Shown one piece after another: positions 24,100-36,054 of a stretch of 64,000 nt of DNA (position 1 is the first letter of the stretch; every line of letters begins with the position of its first letter). The notes under the pieces are model-generated. The model was not told the DNA's origin. It did not search any database and worked only from the letters and a program-made list of their open reading frames with translations. The position numbers were made by a program, and so were the translations under genes. This DNA comes from Paraphysomonas bandaiensis (taxonomy: Eukaryota > Protista > Chrysophyceae), in assembly GCA_965644295.1 (NCBI GenBank), contig CBFFRP010000372.1, forward strand, positions 57,751 to 121,750. Reading direction: 5' to 3'.

Positions 24100-26020
24100 C
24101 TAGCGAAACCACCCCCTGAGGCTGGGAAACATATGTTTAACATATAGCGATACTCCTCCAGTCCTAGTGGAACCCCATATTGTAGACCGAGTTGCTACTG
24201 CCTTCTCATCTTCACGCAGCCCTACCTCTTCGTCACCCACTCTGCTCTCTTGCTCTCGACAACAATCGTCTTTGATGGCTGGTCGAACAAGTCGAAGACT
24301 CCGGGCGAGAGAGGAGAGGGGCGACAGCAACAACCACGCAGCCGACCACATAATTCCTGTTATGGGATAGAGGAGTGTACGCAGGAGGGTTGAGCGACGT
24401 GGTGGAGGATCTGACCGGACAGGAGGGGAAGAATTCGCTGGCAGCCTGGCTGTAGTGGAAGTGTCGTTGGTGGACTGGGAAACGCGTATTTCATTCGTGT
24501 CGCTATCAGTCACCGCATCGCATCTGGAATCGACTTCAATTCGATGCTGATAAACAGATACATGACCATGATTTCCGAGGGAGTGAGTAGTAGACGAGGG
24601 GGCTGCAGGGGTGCAGTGTGATGGCGTCGCCGGGGTGGGGATGAAGGGACTCTCCAGCTTATGGACCATCACAGGAGATACAGCAGGTGTACTGCATGTG
24701 CTACTTGATCCTTCGATGCCGTACCTTCGGGGTGTCACTTGTGGACTCTCCTCACCTCCGCTGATACTGGAAAGCGAGTTTTGGCATGATCGGTCTCTTC
24801 CCCTACCCCCCTCCGGTAGACTTACATCAAGAGAGAGGGCAGCAGCAGCAGGAGGGCGACATCGGTCTCGACCACTTACAGACGGGAGCCGTACAGCTGG
24901 AGGGGTTGGGGGGCGAGGTGGGGCGTCGATAGAATTACTCTCTGAATCTCGTCTTACATTGATGGTTTGTCTCAAGGGCTCAGCAGTTCGCACTTGGACA
25001 ATATTAGATCGCTGTTGGTGGCGCGTATGATAACTGTGAGGTATAGAAGCCCCATCTACAGTTTTCGCACTCATACAGTGCGTAGAAGCAGGACGGCGAA
25101 ACAGAAAAGGTCTTCCTCCTATAAGTATAACGTCCCCTTCTTGTAACACCCGCCCACCACCTTTATCTGGCCCGACCATGTCTCCGTTGACCTTCGGAGG
25201 ATTGAAAGGGGAGAGGGCAACCAAGCGACACTGATTCATGCAGGTCATATGGTACATATACCACATTTGATATACACTTACCGTCGCTGTATCTTGATCA
25301 ACGACTATTCTTGCATGCGCGCTGGCCAGAGACGAAGACTTAATCCGAATATCAGCTGGGTGAGAGCTACGAATAAGAGCTAAGAACTGAAACAAACTAC
25401 AAGCACGTTGTAGTTCAATGTGAAGTACCTGCCAAATACAACATCTCCTTTAATTACAAATGCGGATCCTTCACCGCCGTCGCGCTTCTGCAGAAATAAT
25501 CTACCATATTCTTGAGTAGCCCTGTCGCCGACACTTTGATCTTCTTCGTCTTCATGACTAAGAGGAAGGGCTATGAAGGAATTAGGGACTAATTTAAGTA
25601 GATAATAATCTTTACCGCTTCTAAATCGAAAGTTTCGTCCACCAATAGTGATGACGTCACCATCATAAAGTTGGATTCTATCAGTCATCCTGATACCATT
25701 TATCTTGGGTGCATTATGGTCGGTAAGATGGCGTATAAAGCACTGCAATGTACGTTAACAACACTGTGGATACCATTACGCGCCTCACCTTTCCATTCTC
25801 GTCTGTTTGAATGTCGGCATGTTCACAGCTAATCGATGGTGATTTAACCCTTATATTGGCAGGATAATCCCTACATATTCATCAGGGTGCAAACCTGTAA
25901 TTACACCATCCAAACACACCTGCCAAACTTCAAACTTTTTTTGATATCAAAAGCGGAACTTTCAGAGCCGTCCTTGCGAAGAAGAATAATGCGACCGTAG
26001 ATTCGCTCCGGTCTTTCCAT
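24100..26020 (-). CDS. Tandem FHA-domain protein (Ki-67-type FHA) with disordered tail and C-terminal hydrophobic segment
   Basis: Two spliced FHA domains: FGR...IRVKSPSISCEHA...KING...DGDVITIGGRNFRF and FGR...DIRIKSSSLASAHA...KVNG...EGDVILIGGRPFLF. Confidence 0.8.
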
Positions 26021-26577
26021 GTAATGACTGTGTGTGTATGCAATAGATATGAACTTATGCTATTAATAATACAAGCAGATGAGAGAATTTATTATTAGTT
26101 CTGTCAATAATCCATCCTGCTAGATGATGATTTTGCTGCAGTCATGTGAGTGGTGGTCATCAGATAGTGGTCGTGTATATTAACAATCATCCCAAGAATG
26201 TTGAGTGTATGATTCAATCATACACGTACTGCAGTAAATGTGTAGGTGTACATACTCCATACTCGTAACATATGGCTGAGTACATATTGCAGCTGTAGTT
26301 CATGCAAAAAGGGTATAAAATATGGGTATTTTTTGCATGTATATGGCAGAAACCTCAACAATATGCTGTAAAATCTAGAAATTGCAAGAAAGTAGCTTGA
26401 AAATGTATTGTTTGCTGTGATCGTTGGCCGGATGAGATCTCATATCATATCCTTATAGTATATCAACAGGCCCTGTCATATACCCTCTTGAATGCACTCA
26501 TGCACCTCACCCAACTCTAATAAAAATAAAACACACATCATAACATGCACCCACCTTGCAATATAACAGTATAGAAA

Positions 26578-28039
26578 ATGACTGTTGACTCTATGCAGAT
26601 TGAAGCAGCCAGAGACAGCCAACAACTGCTCTCACCAGATGTGTGGAGCTGGAGTACACTCAAACCCAGCCAAATGTTTCTTCTCAAAGCTGCCTTTATA
26701 GTCGGAGGGGGAGGATTCATATACGGTTATGATATTGGTGTTATATCAGGGGCATTAAGTCAACTAGAGGAACGATTTGACTTGAACAGTGTGCAGGAGG
26801 GTCTCGTAGTGGCGTGTCTGCCACTTGGGCGTGTTTGGCTGTATTTTCGGTGGACCTCTCTGCGATTATGTTGGGAGATGGAAAACAATTATTATTCAAA
26901 ATGTCATATACATATGTGGCGCTCTTGTCATTTCAGGTGCAAATGAAATAGAAGTTATATATATCGGTCGTTTCATTGTTGGCATTGGAACCGCCCTCTC
27001 AGGCATTGCAGATGTTCCTTATCTAACAGAAATATCGCCACCTCAATACCGTGGTAGACTATCATCTGCCTACGAATTCCTTGCAGTTGTAGGCATACTG
27101 GGATCTTTTATAGTGAATTTGATGTTGAGAGGAATGGATGGTGGCTGGAGAGTGCTCTTCGCAGTTCCAGCAATATTTGCATTCATGCAAGCAGTATTTA
27201 TGTCCTATTTACCGGAGTCTCCTAAGTGGCTTATTCAGAATGGGATGGAAATGAAGGGTCGTGCTGCCCTACAGCTGGCTCTTGACACAGACGAAGCGGT
27301 TGAGAGCAGATATCGAGAGATTGTTGACTCTCACCACCACTCCAATGACGTCACCTCGGACTTCAAGGAGGCCTTCAAAAATGTTACATATGAGTACCGT
27401 GCGGTATTTGCATGCATCGCAGTGCTAATGTTCTTTCAGCAGTTTACCGGTGGAGTTGTCGTTCGAAACTATGCCCCTGTTATTTTCAAAAATGCTGGCT
27501 TTGGGGAAAAGGCCTCCCTCACATTTACCGTGGTGTTGGGCGTTGTGAAGGTTGTAGCTGTTGGATGGTCGATTTATAATGTAGATCTAGTGGGCAGGAA
27601 AAAACTGCTTTTACTTGGATTGACAGTGATGACATGTGGGCAGGTAACCTTATTTGTGGCCTTCGCCGTGGGATACGGACAGAATATTGGTGTGTTCGTT
27701 GTGGGGTGCTCAATGATCCTGGGAGGTTTTAGCATTGGACTGGGGCCTGTGACATGGCTTTTGCAGAGTGAAATGTTTCCCACTATCATACGAGGAAGAG
27801 CCATGGGACTCTCGGTAGTAACTAGAAACCTCTCAGAATTCATGGTCAACTTTGCTTTCCTACCTCTCGTAGACACTATTCACGATGCGGGAACGTTCTT
27901 TTTTTTCTTTACAATGTGTGTATGTGCTCTACTCTTCACGCGCACTTTCATAGTCGAAACTAAACAAAAAGAACCTCCAGAAATTCTTAGTGACTTTGAG
28001 AAAAATTTCAATGAAAAAAGTAAGCTATGTAATAGCTAA
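26578..28039 (+). CDS. MFS sugar porter family transporter (apparent frameshift near 26826)
   Basis: GYDIGVISG, DYVGR, GRFIVG, EISP..RG, PESPKWL, QQFTG, D.VGRK, SEMFPT.IRG and VETK. The two ORFs overlap with no intron between them. Confidence 0.9.
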
Positions 28040-28059
28040 TTGGTATTTTGTGTGTAGAT

Positions 28060-28103
28060 CGTTATCTAACAATAGTATTGCAATATATTTTTCCCTATCC
28101 CTG
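28060..28103 (-). mobile_element. Fragment of the CAGGGCTA MITE family
   Basis: Its reverse complement matches the 5' end of 35396-35509 and 28464-28596. Confidence 0.7.
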
Positions 28104-28169
28104 GTACATTTTCTTGCTCTAGCTTTCGTCTGGGAGTATACATCTAAGATCTAAGCTATTTTGTTAGTA

Positions 28170-28268
28170 AGAGCTAATTGCAGTTAATTGCAATTATAAT
28201 TGCGCGAGCTATAACTTATAATTGCAATTTAATTGCTAAAAAACACTTGCAACTAAATTGCAATTGCT
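28170..28268. repeat. AATTGC-rich degenerate repeat
   Basis: Multiple TAATTGC/GCAATT units in both orientations. Confidence 0.55.
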
Positions 28269-28463
28269 ACGCTGCTCTGATACTTATATACTCATGGATG
28301 CAGGAATAACAGGTGATCATATGAATAAGAACTGTGAAAGTGGAGCGACCGATATTCACTAAATATTTGGATATATATACCATATACCAGCTATATAAAG
28401 CGAATTGTAATAACTCTTCTTTATTAGGAGTGTGTATTGTATATATTATATATGTATAAACTT

Positions 28464-28596
28464 CAGGGCTAGGAAACAATATAATGCAATACTATTGTTA
28501 GAGAGCGTTCAATCAATACTATTGATGGACATTTTAAGCAGGCCCAACAATACAATTACAATATATTGCAATTCAATATATTGTTTCCTAGCCCTG
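28464..28596. mobile_element. 133-bp MITE with perfect 20-bp TIRs (hAT-like termini)
   Basis: CAGGGCTAGGAAACAATATA...TATATTGTTTCCTAGCCCTG. Two more copies in the window; no intact TSD. Confidence 0.85.
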
Positions 28597-28858
28597 CTAT
28601 ATAGTCTATGTTATATATAACCCTAATCGCAGACTCAGGCATAGTAGCTAGCACAAGGTCAACATAGCACTCCACATAGCAATGTGTTTCGTATGCTATT
28701 ACTATGTGTCTAGATATGAAATCTCGGCATAGGCAGAGGAACTATTGCTACAAAAACGAAAGAAGAGAATGGATTGCGGTAAGGGTCATTCTTAGCTTGT
28801 TAACAGACAGTGCAGCTGCTATTTAACATTGGACAAGGGATTATACTTTCGCCACTAT

Positions 28859-29736
28859 TTAAACTTCATCGGTTCTGACGGATCCTCTGAGTCTGCCGGT
28901 GCGTCTGGCGGCGATCTGACCGACCTTGGCACCAGCGCATGTGACGCGGCTGATAGTGCCGGGCTTACCCATGTGCTGCTGGTTACCACCACCGTGGGGA
29001 TGGTCAACGGGGTTCATCGCAACACCTCTCACCTATAAATGGACGCATAGAAGTCAGTCAAGCAAAACGAACTGTAACTTATGAGTGAATACTCACAATT
29101 GGCCACTCGTTTCTCTTGGCCTTGTACTTGTGGAAAGCGCGACCAGCCTTGAGGATGGGCTTGTCGGTGCGCCCGCCACCAGCAACAATACCAACAGTAG
29201 CTCTGCAAAGGTTGCTGAAAGTTCTCTTGGACCCAGATGGCATTCTTACACGAGTGGTTCCCTTATCGGCGTCCTGGGCGATGATAACACAGTAGTTACC
29301 AGAGGCCTTGGCAACCTTGCCGAGGTCACCGATCTTAGACTCAACGTTGCAGATAACAGTACCCTCGGGAAGTTCGCTCAAAGGCAAGACATTGCCAATA
29401 GCAAGAGTAGCTGAATATGCTGTGAGAGAGATACAGTTAATTTTAAATTGACGTACCTTTCTTTCCAGCGTAAATAAACTGGCCAGTGTACAGACCCTCA
29501 GGAGCGACAAGAGTAGTGGTCACCTTCTTAAACCTGTAGGGGTCCTTGAACTGAACTCTACAGATAGGAGCACCACGTCCTTTATCGTGAAGGATCTCTG
29601 TGACGATACCCTTAGCATATCCATTGCGCTCGGCAAAATCAGCTCTCTTATATTTGCAAGCTCCCTTGCGACCCACAGTATGGGACCTGAAAATAGAGCC
29701 CTTTCCTTTTCTCTGACCGCGAATGACCTTTCCCAT
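28859..29736 (-). CDS. RPL8: 60S ribosomal protein L8 (uL2), 3 coding exons
   Basis: [37 protein letters not shown] and [16 protein letters not shown]...AARRTG. Confidence 0.97.
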
Positions 29737-30093
29737 TACCGATATATATTGGGCGAATATGAATTCCAGCCACCTTTAACTTGTTCAGTGTTACATCCCC
29801 ATCTCCAGCCAGTCTCCTTCTATGTTTTTTTCACCATCAACACCACAAAATCTTCAGCAGTCACATTGAAAACTGAAAATATTTTGTGGGACAGTTTGTT
29901 GTGTGTAACTGCTGCTCGTGATGGTGGATAAAATATCCGTTAGCGTAAGTTACTTCATGCAACATGTTTGGAAGCAACCGTGTGCTCAGTAATCCATCCA
30001 TTCTTCCTCTAAACTGGGAGCTGCGAGTTAACAAACAAGAGATCAAACAGCCAAGTGAAGTGTGTAATTTGTGACCTTAATCAAGTTGAGAAG

Positions 30094-31433
30094 ATGATTG
30101 CAGAAGATAAAGAAAATATCCGACCGCTACAGGCATCAAACAACGGCAAGTTCTATACTGGCAAGAGGACAGGGTTTACCTCACTCTTGAAGGAGGCAAC
30201 AGCCGAGGTTCAGGATGATATTGACCGAAAGACCGCTGTGCGAAGCCAATGCAAAGATATATCTAATATGGTGGAGAAATTATGCTCTGATTTTGAGATG
30301 GAGGATAGAGGTAAGGTATATAATATCGACTGAGTACTTTAACTGAAACCACTAGATTTTAAGTACGCCAAAGATGTTGAACAAACTGAAAAAGAAATGG
30401 CTAAAGAACTTGATGAAATGCGGAAAGCTGAAGAGAAAAATAATGAGTCTGCTGCGTTGAAGCTCGCAATTGAGGAGCGCAGGGCGCAAATGGTGAGGGC
30501 ACAAGCAAAGAGGGACATGGAGTGCAAAGATGCGGAGTTTGCCCGTCTCTCTATTCTCCATGACATCGATAGTGATTTCAAACTTGAAGAAAAGTGTAAA
30601 GATGATGAAGCTTATGCACTGAAAGTAAGCATTTTATGCGAATTACATTCCAGATGTAAATTGACTGTTCTAAATAGGTCAAAAAGGAGATAGAGGACGA
30701 GCTTCTTGCGGAAGAACTAGCTGCACAAGAGCGAGAAGAATATGAGACCATGTCAGCCAGAAGGCGTGAGCTTGAGCTTAACGACTATGCAATGGCAAAA
30801 GAAGAACAGGAACGTATTTCAAAAGAACTCAGCAAAGAGGCTGAAATTTTATCTGCACGGGATTTCGATATTGCAAGGGAGGTGCAGAGCAATATCACCT
30901 TGCATTATGTAAAGAACAAGGAGCAACAGGAAAAGGAAGACCGAATGCTTGCGAAAAAGTTGATTACTAAATCGGCACGGGAGAGTTACGAAGCTGACAA
31001 GCGTGCTGAAATTTTATCTAGTGTGGACCTGTGCAGCACTGCCTCAATAGCAGCACAATGGAAAGATGCGGAGGCCGACATCCAAAACGTCATGGGGGGT
31101 ATATGCATCACCGTCCTACTTCCTCACCTGCAAGATCTGAAAATAACTACACCAAAGTCCTATGTTGTGGATATTGAGGCGAAGCGAATGGTAATGGCCG
31201 GGGACCGGCACGCAACTCCCGCCAATACTTCTTACCGAGCTGAGTTTGAAATTAGAGGACGAGATGTCAAGCTGTCCAAAAGTGATATGAACTATAACTA
31301 CTCATCTGAAACCGGATTGTTACATATTTACTTGGAAAGTATTCATGTGGACTCAGATCAAGAAGAGAAATCTGAAAGAGGAAGTGCACTCTCCGCTATT
31401 CGAAAAAGTTTTTCTCGGATGTTGAGCAAATAA
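30094..31433 (+). CDS. Coiled-coil protein with D-x-x-(L/Y/M/I/F)-A repeats (MIU-like) and a C-terminal HSP20/alpha-crystallin-like region
   Basis: Three exons. Repeated DFKYAK, DAEFAR, DEAYAL, DELLAE, DYAMAK, DFDIAR, DRMLAK. Tail ICITVLLP...VDIEAKR...YRAEFEI...YSSETGLLHIYL. Confidence 0.65.
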
Positions 31434-31806
31434 AACACCCACGAAATTAAAACTACGATTTGATTCGTAGGTTGTTTCTCGTTATTAAGTGAGCTATTGT
31501 TGTCTGGAGTTTGATCGCTCAGTTTGGTAGTAGCTTATATGAAGTATTGTAACTAAGTATATGTTGGATGCACATATAATACATCGATAACAGTATGCAC
31601 AAGCCAGATTAAGTAAGTTAATAGCTGGAACTATGATTGCTGGGTACTTAGGAGAAAGGAGAGAACAGATGCAGTAGCTAACTTGAGCCTCGCCACGCTT
31701 GGTTCGAATATTAGGACAGAGTACAATTATTAACATAGTTGCTGTACCCTAATGCAGCATTTATGAACGAACATGATTAAAACATACTAAATAAAAAAAT
31801 CAAAAG

Positions 31807-32208
31807 TCAGCGCTGTAAGTTACACAGTAATTTATCCTTGTTATGGCTTGGAAGTAAAAGCGTACGACTTCGAGATGACGCCATAGCAGATAATTCTGGA
31901 ATGAAGCTTCCGTCTGTGATTCTGGGGCCCTCAACAACGAACCGCCGATAACGTTCTGAAGCTGGTGATGGTGTAGACAGCACTTGACTTCTTTCCTTGC
32001 GCATCAATTTCGCCGCTCGTTCAGGAGAGTTACAAAGTTTCGGTATGACACCGCTATCCGGATATACTGCTCTCTTTATCACTGTCTTATCTGCAATAGA
32101 TTCCCTAGAGTTCAAAACAACTCCATTGAAGAGAAAATAGTTTCGAGGAATTCCAGACTTTCTTGTTTCATCATCACAGAGATTGACTGGCGGTTTCTTA
32201 CTTGTCAT
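31807..32208 (-). CDS. Hypothetical basic protein
   Basis: ATG-initiated 133-aa ORF preceded by an intron-like acceptor. No domain recognised. Confidence 0.45.
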   Translation of the reverse strand: MTSKKPPVNLCDDETRKSGIPRNYFLFNGVVLNSRESIADKTVIKRAVYPDSGVIPKLCNSPERAAKLMRKERSQVLSTPSPASERYRRFVVEGPRITDGSFIPELSAMASSRSRTLLLPSHNKDKLLCNLQR

Positions 32209-32705
32209 GCTGTAAGATGAGATCTGATATGATAGATTAATATAGCCGCATACTGTTCACAGTTTCATGGGTGGATATTCTCTCTCTCTCTCTATATATA
32301 TATGCATTACATTTATATAGAGAGGGAGCGTGGAGTATGTGCGTGCGCTGCATGCAGCAAGCAGCAGTTCATAACTGATATGGCGGGGTATGTACGAAGT
32401 ATTCCATAGAGCAATACAGCACATACTTCATCATTATCAAGAGAAATCACCCGTTTTTCGTTGTTTGCGACATCAAAAAAGCAGAATACAACACAAAAAA
32501 CATGACTTTTTAGCCTGAATGTCTGGGTATATGGTATATGCATGCCTATCTCTGCACATACATATATCTCCATATATACAGTATATATGGTTCAGATGAC
32601 CCTCACATGTATATATGTATATATATATATATATATATATGCCACTCTGAGTTAGTTTGGAAGATGATTTAACCAAGTCATTTACAAACAGCACATCACT
32701 TCACA

Positions 32706-34462
32706 ATGCTGTTAGCATCACTCCTTCTCCTCCTCCTAACCCCTCTATCTCCCTCCCTCTCCTCCTCTATACAGTCTTATCGTCTATTAGACGGATCTCT
32801 GTATAATCGATACATATACTCAACTAATATCACCCTTAAAAGATCATGTCATCATCTACCATACACACAACCCGCATGCATATCCTCCCATGCAACTGCT
32901 GGATATATGGGGGACCTGTTATCTGCTGCTGAGGTACAGTTGCATGTATAGTGTACTATCAGTGAGTGTTGTTGTCATTAATTAGTGTTGATTACTAATT
33001 GTTTATACAGTTTAAACGTATGGAATTCAGCTTTACTGGTGGAAAGTGGAGAAGTGGCTGGGGTAACTCTGTCGTTCCCGTTCCACCAGGTACTATCACC
33101 ATGGCAATAGTTCCATATGTGCTCACAAATGTGATTTAGTTGGAGGATTAATGCTTCTATATTATGGAAACAACACTGTGATGCGGGGAGCTATTGAGGA
33201 AGATGTGTCACGGAGCTGGTAAGTACTACATAGCCTTTTTTGGTACATTACTCAGAGTAACATGTTCTGGTCGCTGTGTAGGCGAAGTATAACTTCGTTG
33301 GTATGTACTGCCTCCGATTCGCATAGACGCAGTGTGAAGATATTTCCTGTACCTACAGCACGAAATGATGCTTCTACTGGGGTTGCAGTTCAGTCCCCCT
33401 CGAGACACATTTGTGTTCAGGGCATGCAAAATGTGCTTGCCCTTCTCCCTGCACAGTTGCAGAGAGTCGACCCTCTCGTGTTTGTCCGATCACCCTGGCA
33501 AACGCTTACAATACGTGTAGAGAGGGACAAGGACTACTGTTCTCGCTCAGATGGTGGTTTCCGAGGGGTGCAGGAAGTGTGTTTACAAACGATTGTTATG
33601 GAAGTGGAGATGGGACTTGTAAATAGAGAGGGAGCGATTCAATTGGAAACCACTAAAGTAGAACACAAAGGCGTGAAATGGGCTAGTGCCAATTCTTCTG
33701 TGGCACTGAATATTGCTGAGGTCCATAGAGATGTTATTGACTCCCGTGGCTTGGGCGTTATTGTGCGGACGGAAGTTGCAAACACGAATAAAGATACTGC
33801 TATCGAAGTGCTACTGTACGAGCCGATCCCTGATTTTCTTCGTGTAATGCTAAGGAAGGCGGAGATCCATGTCTATCCTTCAGAATCTAGTTTTGGAGTT
33901 GGAGTTGGAGGTGTCGGCATGTTAGGAGTTGCACCTGCCCTCTGCTCACAAAATATTGAGCCACTAGCACCGCAAAAAGTTTGGATGGAAGCAGAAGTAT
34001 GCCGCACAGTATCTGCGTTCTCCTCGATCCCTTCGTTGGTATTTCGGTTGATTGTTCCGGCATCAGCTCGGGCCACAATATATCTTCCATATGAAAAGAG
34101 GTTTGTATCCCGTGAACTTCAACCGACGGACGCGAGCCGAGGGATGGATACGCCTTCCGCAGCGGTTCTGTACAGAAAGATAACTGCATCTGCACCCCAC
34201 GGAAAATGGCAAACACTATTCACCGATCCGGAAACTGTCACTGTACCATTTCCAGATGCCAGTATGCCTTTCAATGTTATTACACTGGTACCGTAGTTCT
34301 TGTATATTCACATTATAGTTTTTTAAACTTCTCCGTTTTATTTTGCAGGCAAGTACTGTGTCGGCGCTTCTTTTCGGGTCTATGATTAACGTACTCATCA
34401 GAAAGAGCAGTCTGTCAAATATAGACCCTGTTACCGTAGAGTTTGCCAGAAAGCAGCAGTAA
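32706..34462 (+). CDS. PIGT: GPI transamidase subunit PIG-T/Gpi16
   Basis: Signal peptide, FTGGKWRSGWG, PTDASRG...PSA and PFPDASMPFNVITL followed by a TM helix. Several short introns. Confidence 0.8.
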
Positions 34463-35395
34463 ACGATATATGATGCCAAGTAGCAAGGAAAAGTATTACG
34501 AGGTAGTGTCACAGGTGAGCAGCCCCATGTAGCAGCAGATCGATGATGAAAGTACTAACTGCTAATCTTCTCTCTGACTGTTCTCAACAAGACAGTGGAG
34601 ACATTAATGTACCTCTGAGATCTGCTGCTATTAAAGTGTGTGTCTGGATAACATATTTATTAACTCTCGTCATAGCAGGATCTTTGCTTTTGTTGAACTT
34701 CTCACACACGGCACTTCGGTTGCGTTTGAAGGGCTCAGAGTTATACTTACCTGAGTTTATGTGGACGTGATAATTGCTTAATTAAGATGGTTTAAAGTTG
34801 TACAGTTATGATGTTATGATGATATGGTTGCGGAAGATTGCAGAACAACCATTAACACCAATGTATTGCACACACAATACATATTATTAATATATATACT
34901 CTTGCTGTGATTGACATTTATGCAATGAAAGTAGAATTTCTATGAGTGTTGAATACCAGTGAAATATTAGTTTAGTATTTATCTATTACACGTATGTAAG
35001 TGTTGATACTATTGAGGAGTGCACAATCTACAGAAAAACAGTATTGCTCTACGACCTAACTTATATGTATCATGTATGACTTAGTAAAATGAAGTTTCAT
35101 ATGTCGTATATCCTAAACTTGCGCAGGATTGCAATATATAATATATAACTACTCGTCTAACATTTATGGCAAGTTTGAGTTCAACGATAATGAGATTTTT
35201 TGGTGCTTCTGATATCAAAATATTTTACTCTAAATGGATATGGATATATTTACTCGAACCATCAATTAATTATTACAGAGTATTTCGTATTGACCATTTT
35301 CAGATGATTACGATCGTTTTAAGAGAAGTTTAAGTTAGTCAAACTAGATAGATTACGTTATTATAATTGTATACACAATTGTGTGTGTTGTCATG

Positions 35396-35509
35396 CAGGG
35401 CTATGGAACAATATATTGCAATACTATTGTTAGATAGCGTTCCAACAATACTATTGATAGAGATTTTAAACAGGCTCAACAATACAATTACAATATATTG
35501 CAATATATT
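35396..35509 (+). mobile_element. Truncated copy of the CAGGGCTA MITE
   Basis: Collinear with 28464-28580; the right TIR is missing. Confidence 0.8.
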
Positions 35510-35679
35510 AGTATGACTAATCAGTAAGTAAACACGTCCGTAGATTCCATTTTTAGTATTAGTCATTAAGATCATATGGCAACCAAACCCACAACTGCTT
35601 ATAGCTAATAAAAATCCACCTCGTTCTCATCCTCTGAGAGCCATCATCGCTGACGTCAACATCACCATATTCATCCAAA

Positions 35680-35975
35680 ATTAATTCTTAGGCTGCTTAA
35701 ACTTCCCCATGAGTAGGTCTACGTGCCGAATGAGAGGTCTAATGCCTTGGTCAGCAGGTCTTGTCACAACTCCTTCCTTATTTCGCTTCTCTTTGCTACC
35801 GAGGAGTTCATTGATCGCAATGTTAAGTCGATGAGATGCACATCCAACTAAGGGCACACCTATATACTATTCGATTAGGGTTAGAACAGACCACGATTTT
35901 ACTCAAACAAAGGTATTACCGGAATCGTATGCCAGCTTTCTGTTTGTAGCGCAGTTGTCCCCAATGTAGAACTCA
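35680..35975 (-). pseudogene. hAT transposase catalytic-region relic
   Basis: Translates to FYIGDNCATNRKLA...GVPLVGCASHRLNIAIN (second catalytic D and CxxH motif), with an interruption. Confidence 0.7.
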
Positions 35976-36054
35976 ACAATAATGCAAACATTATCAGCAT
36001 TAATCACTCTACCCACTATAGGTTCATGTATATGATAATTTATAGTGACTACCA

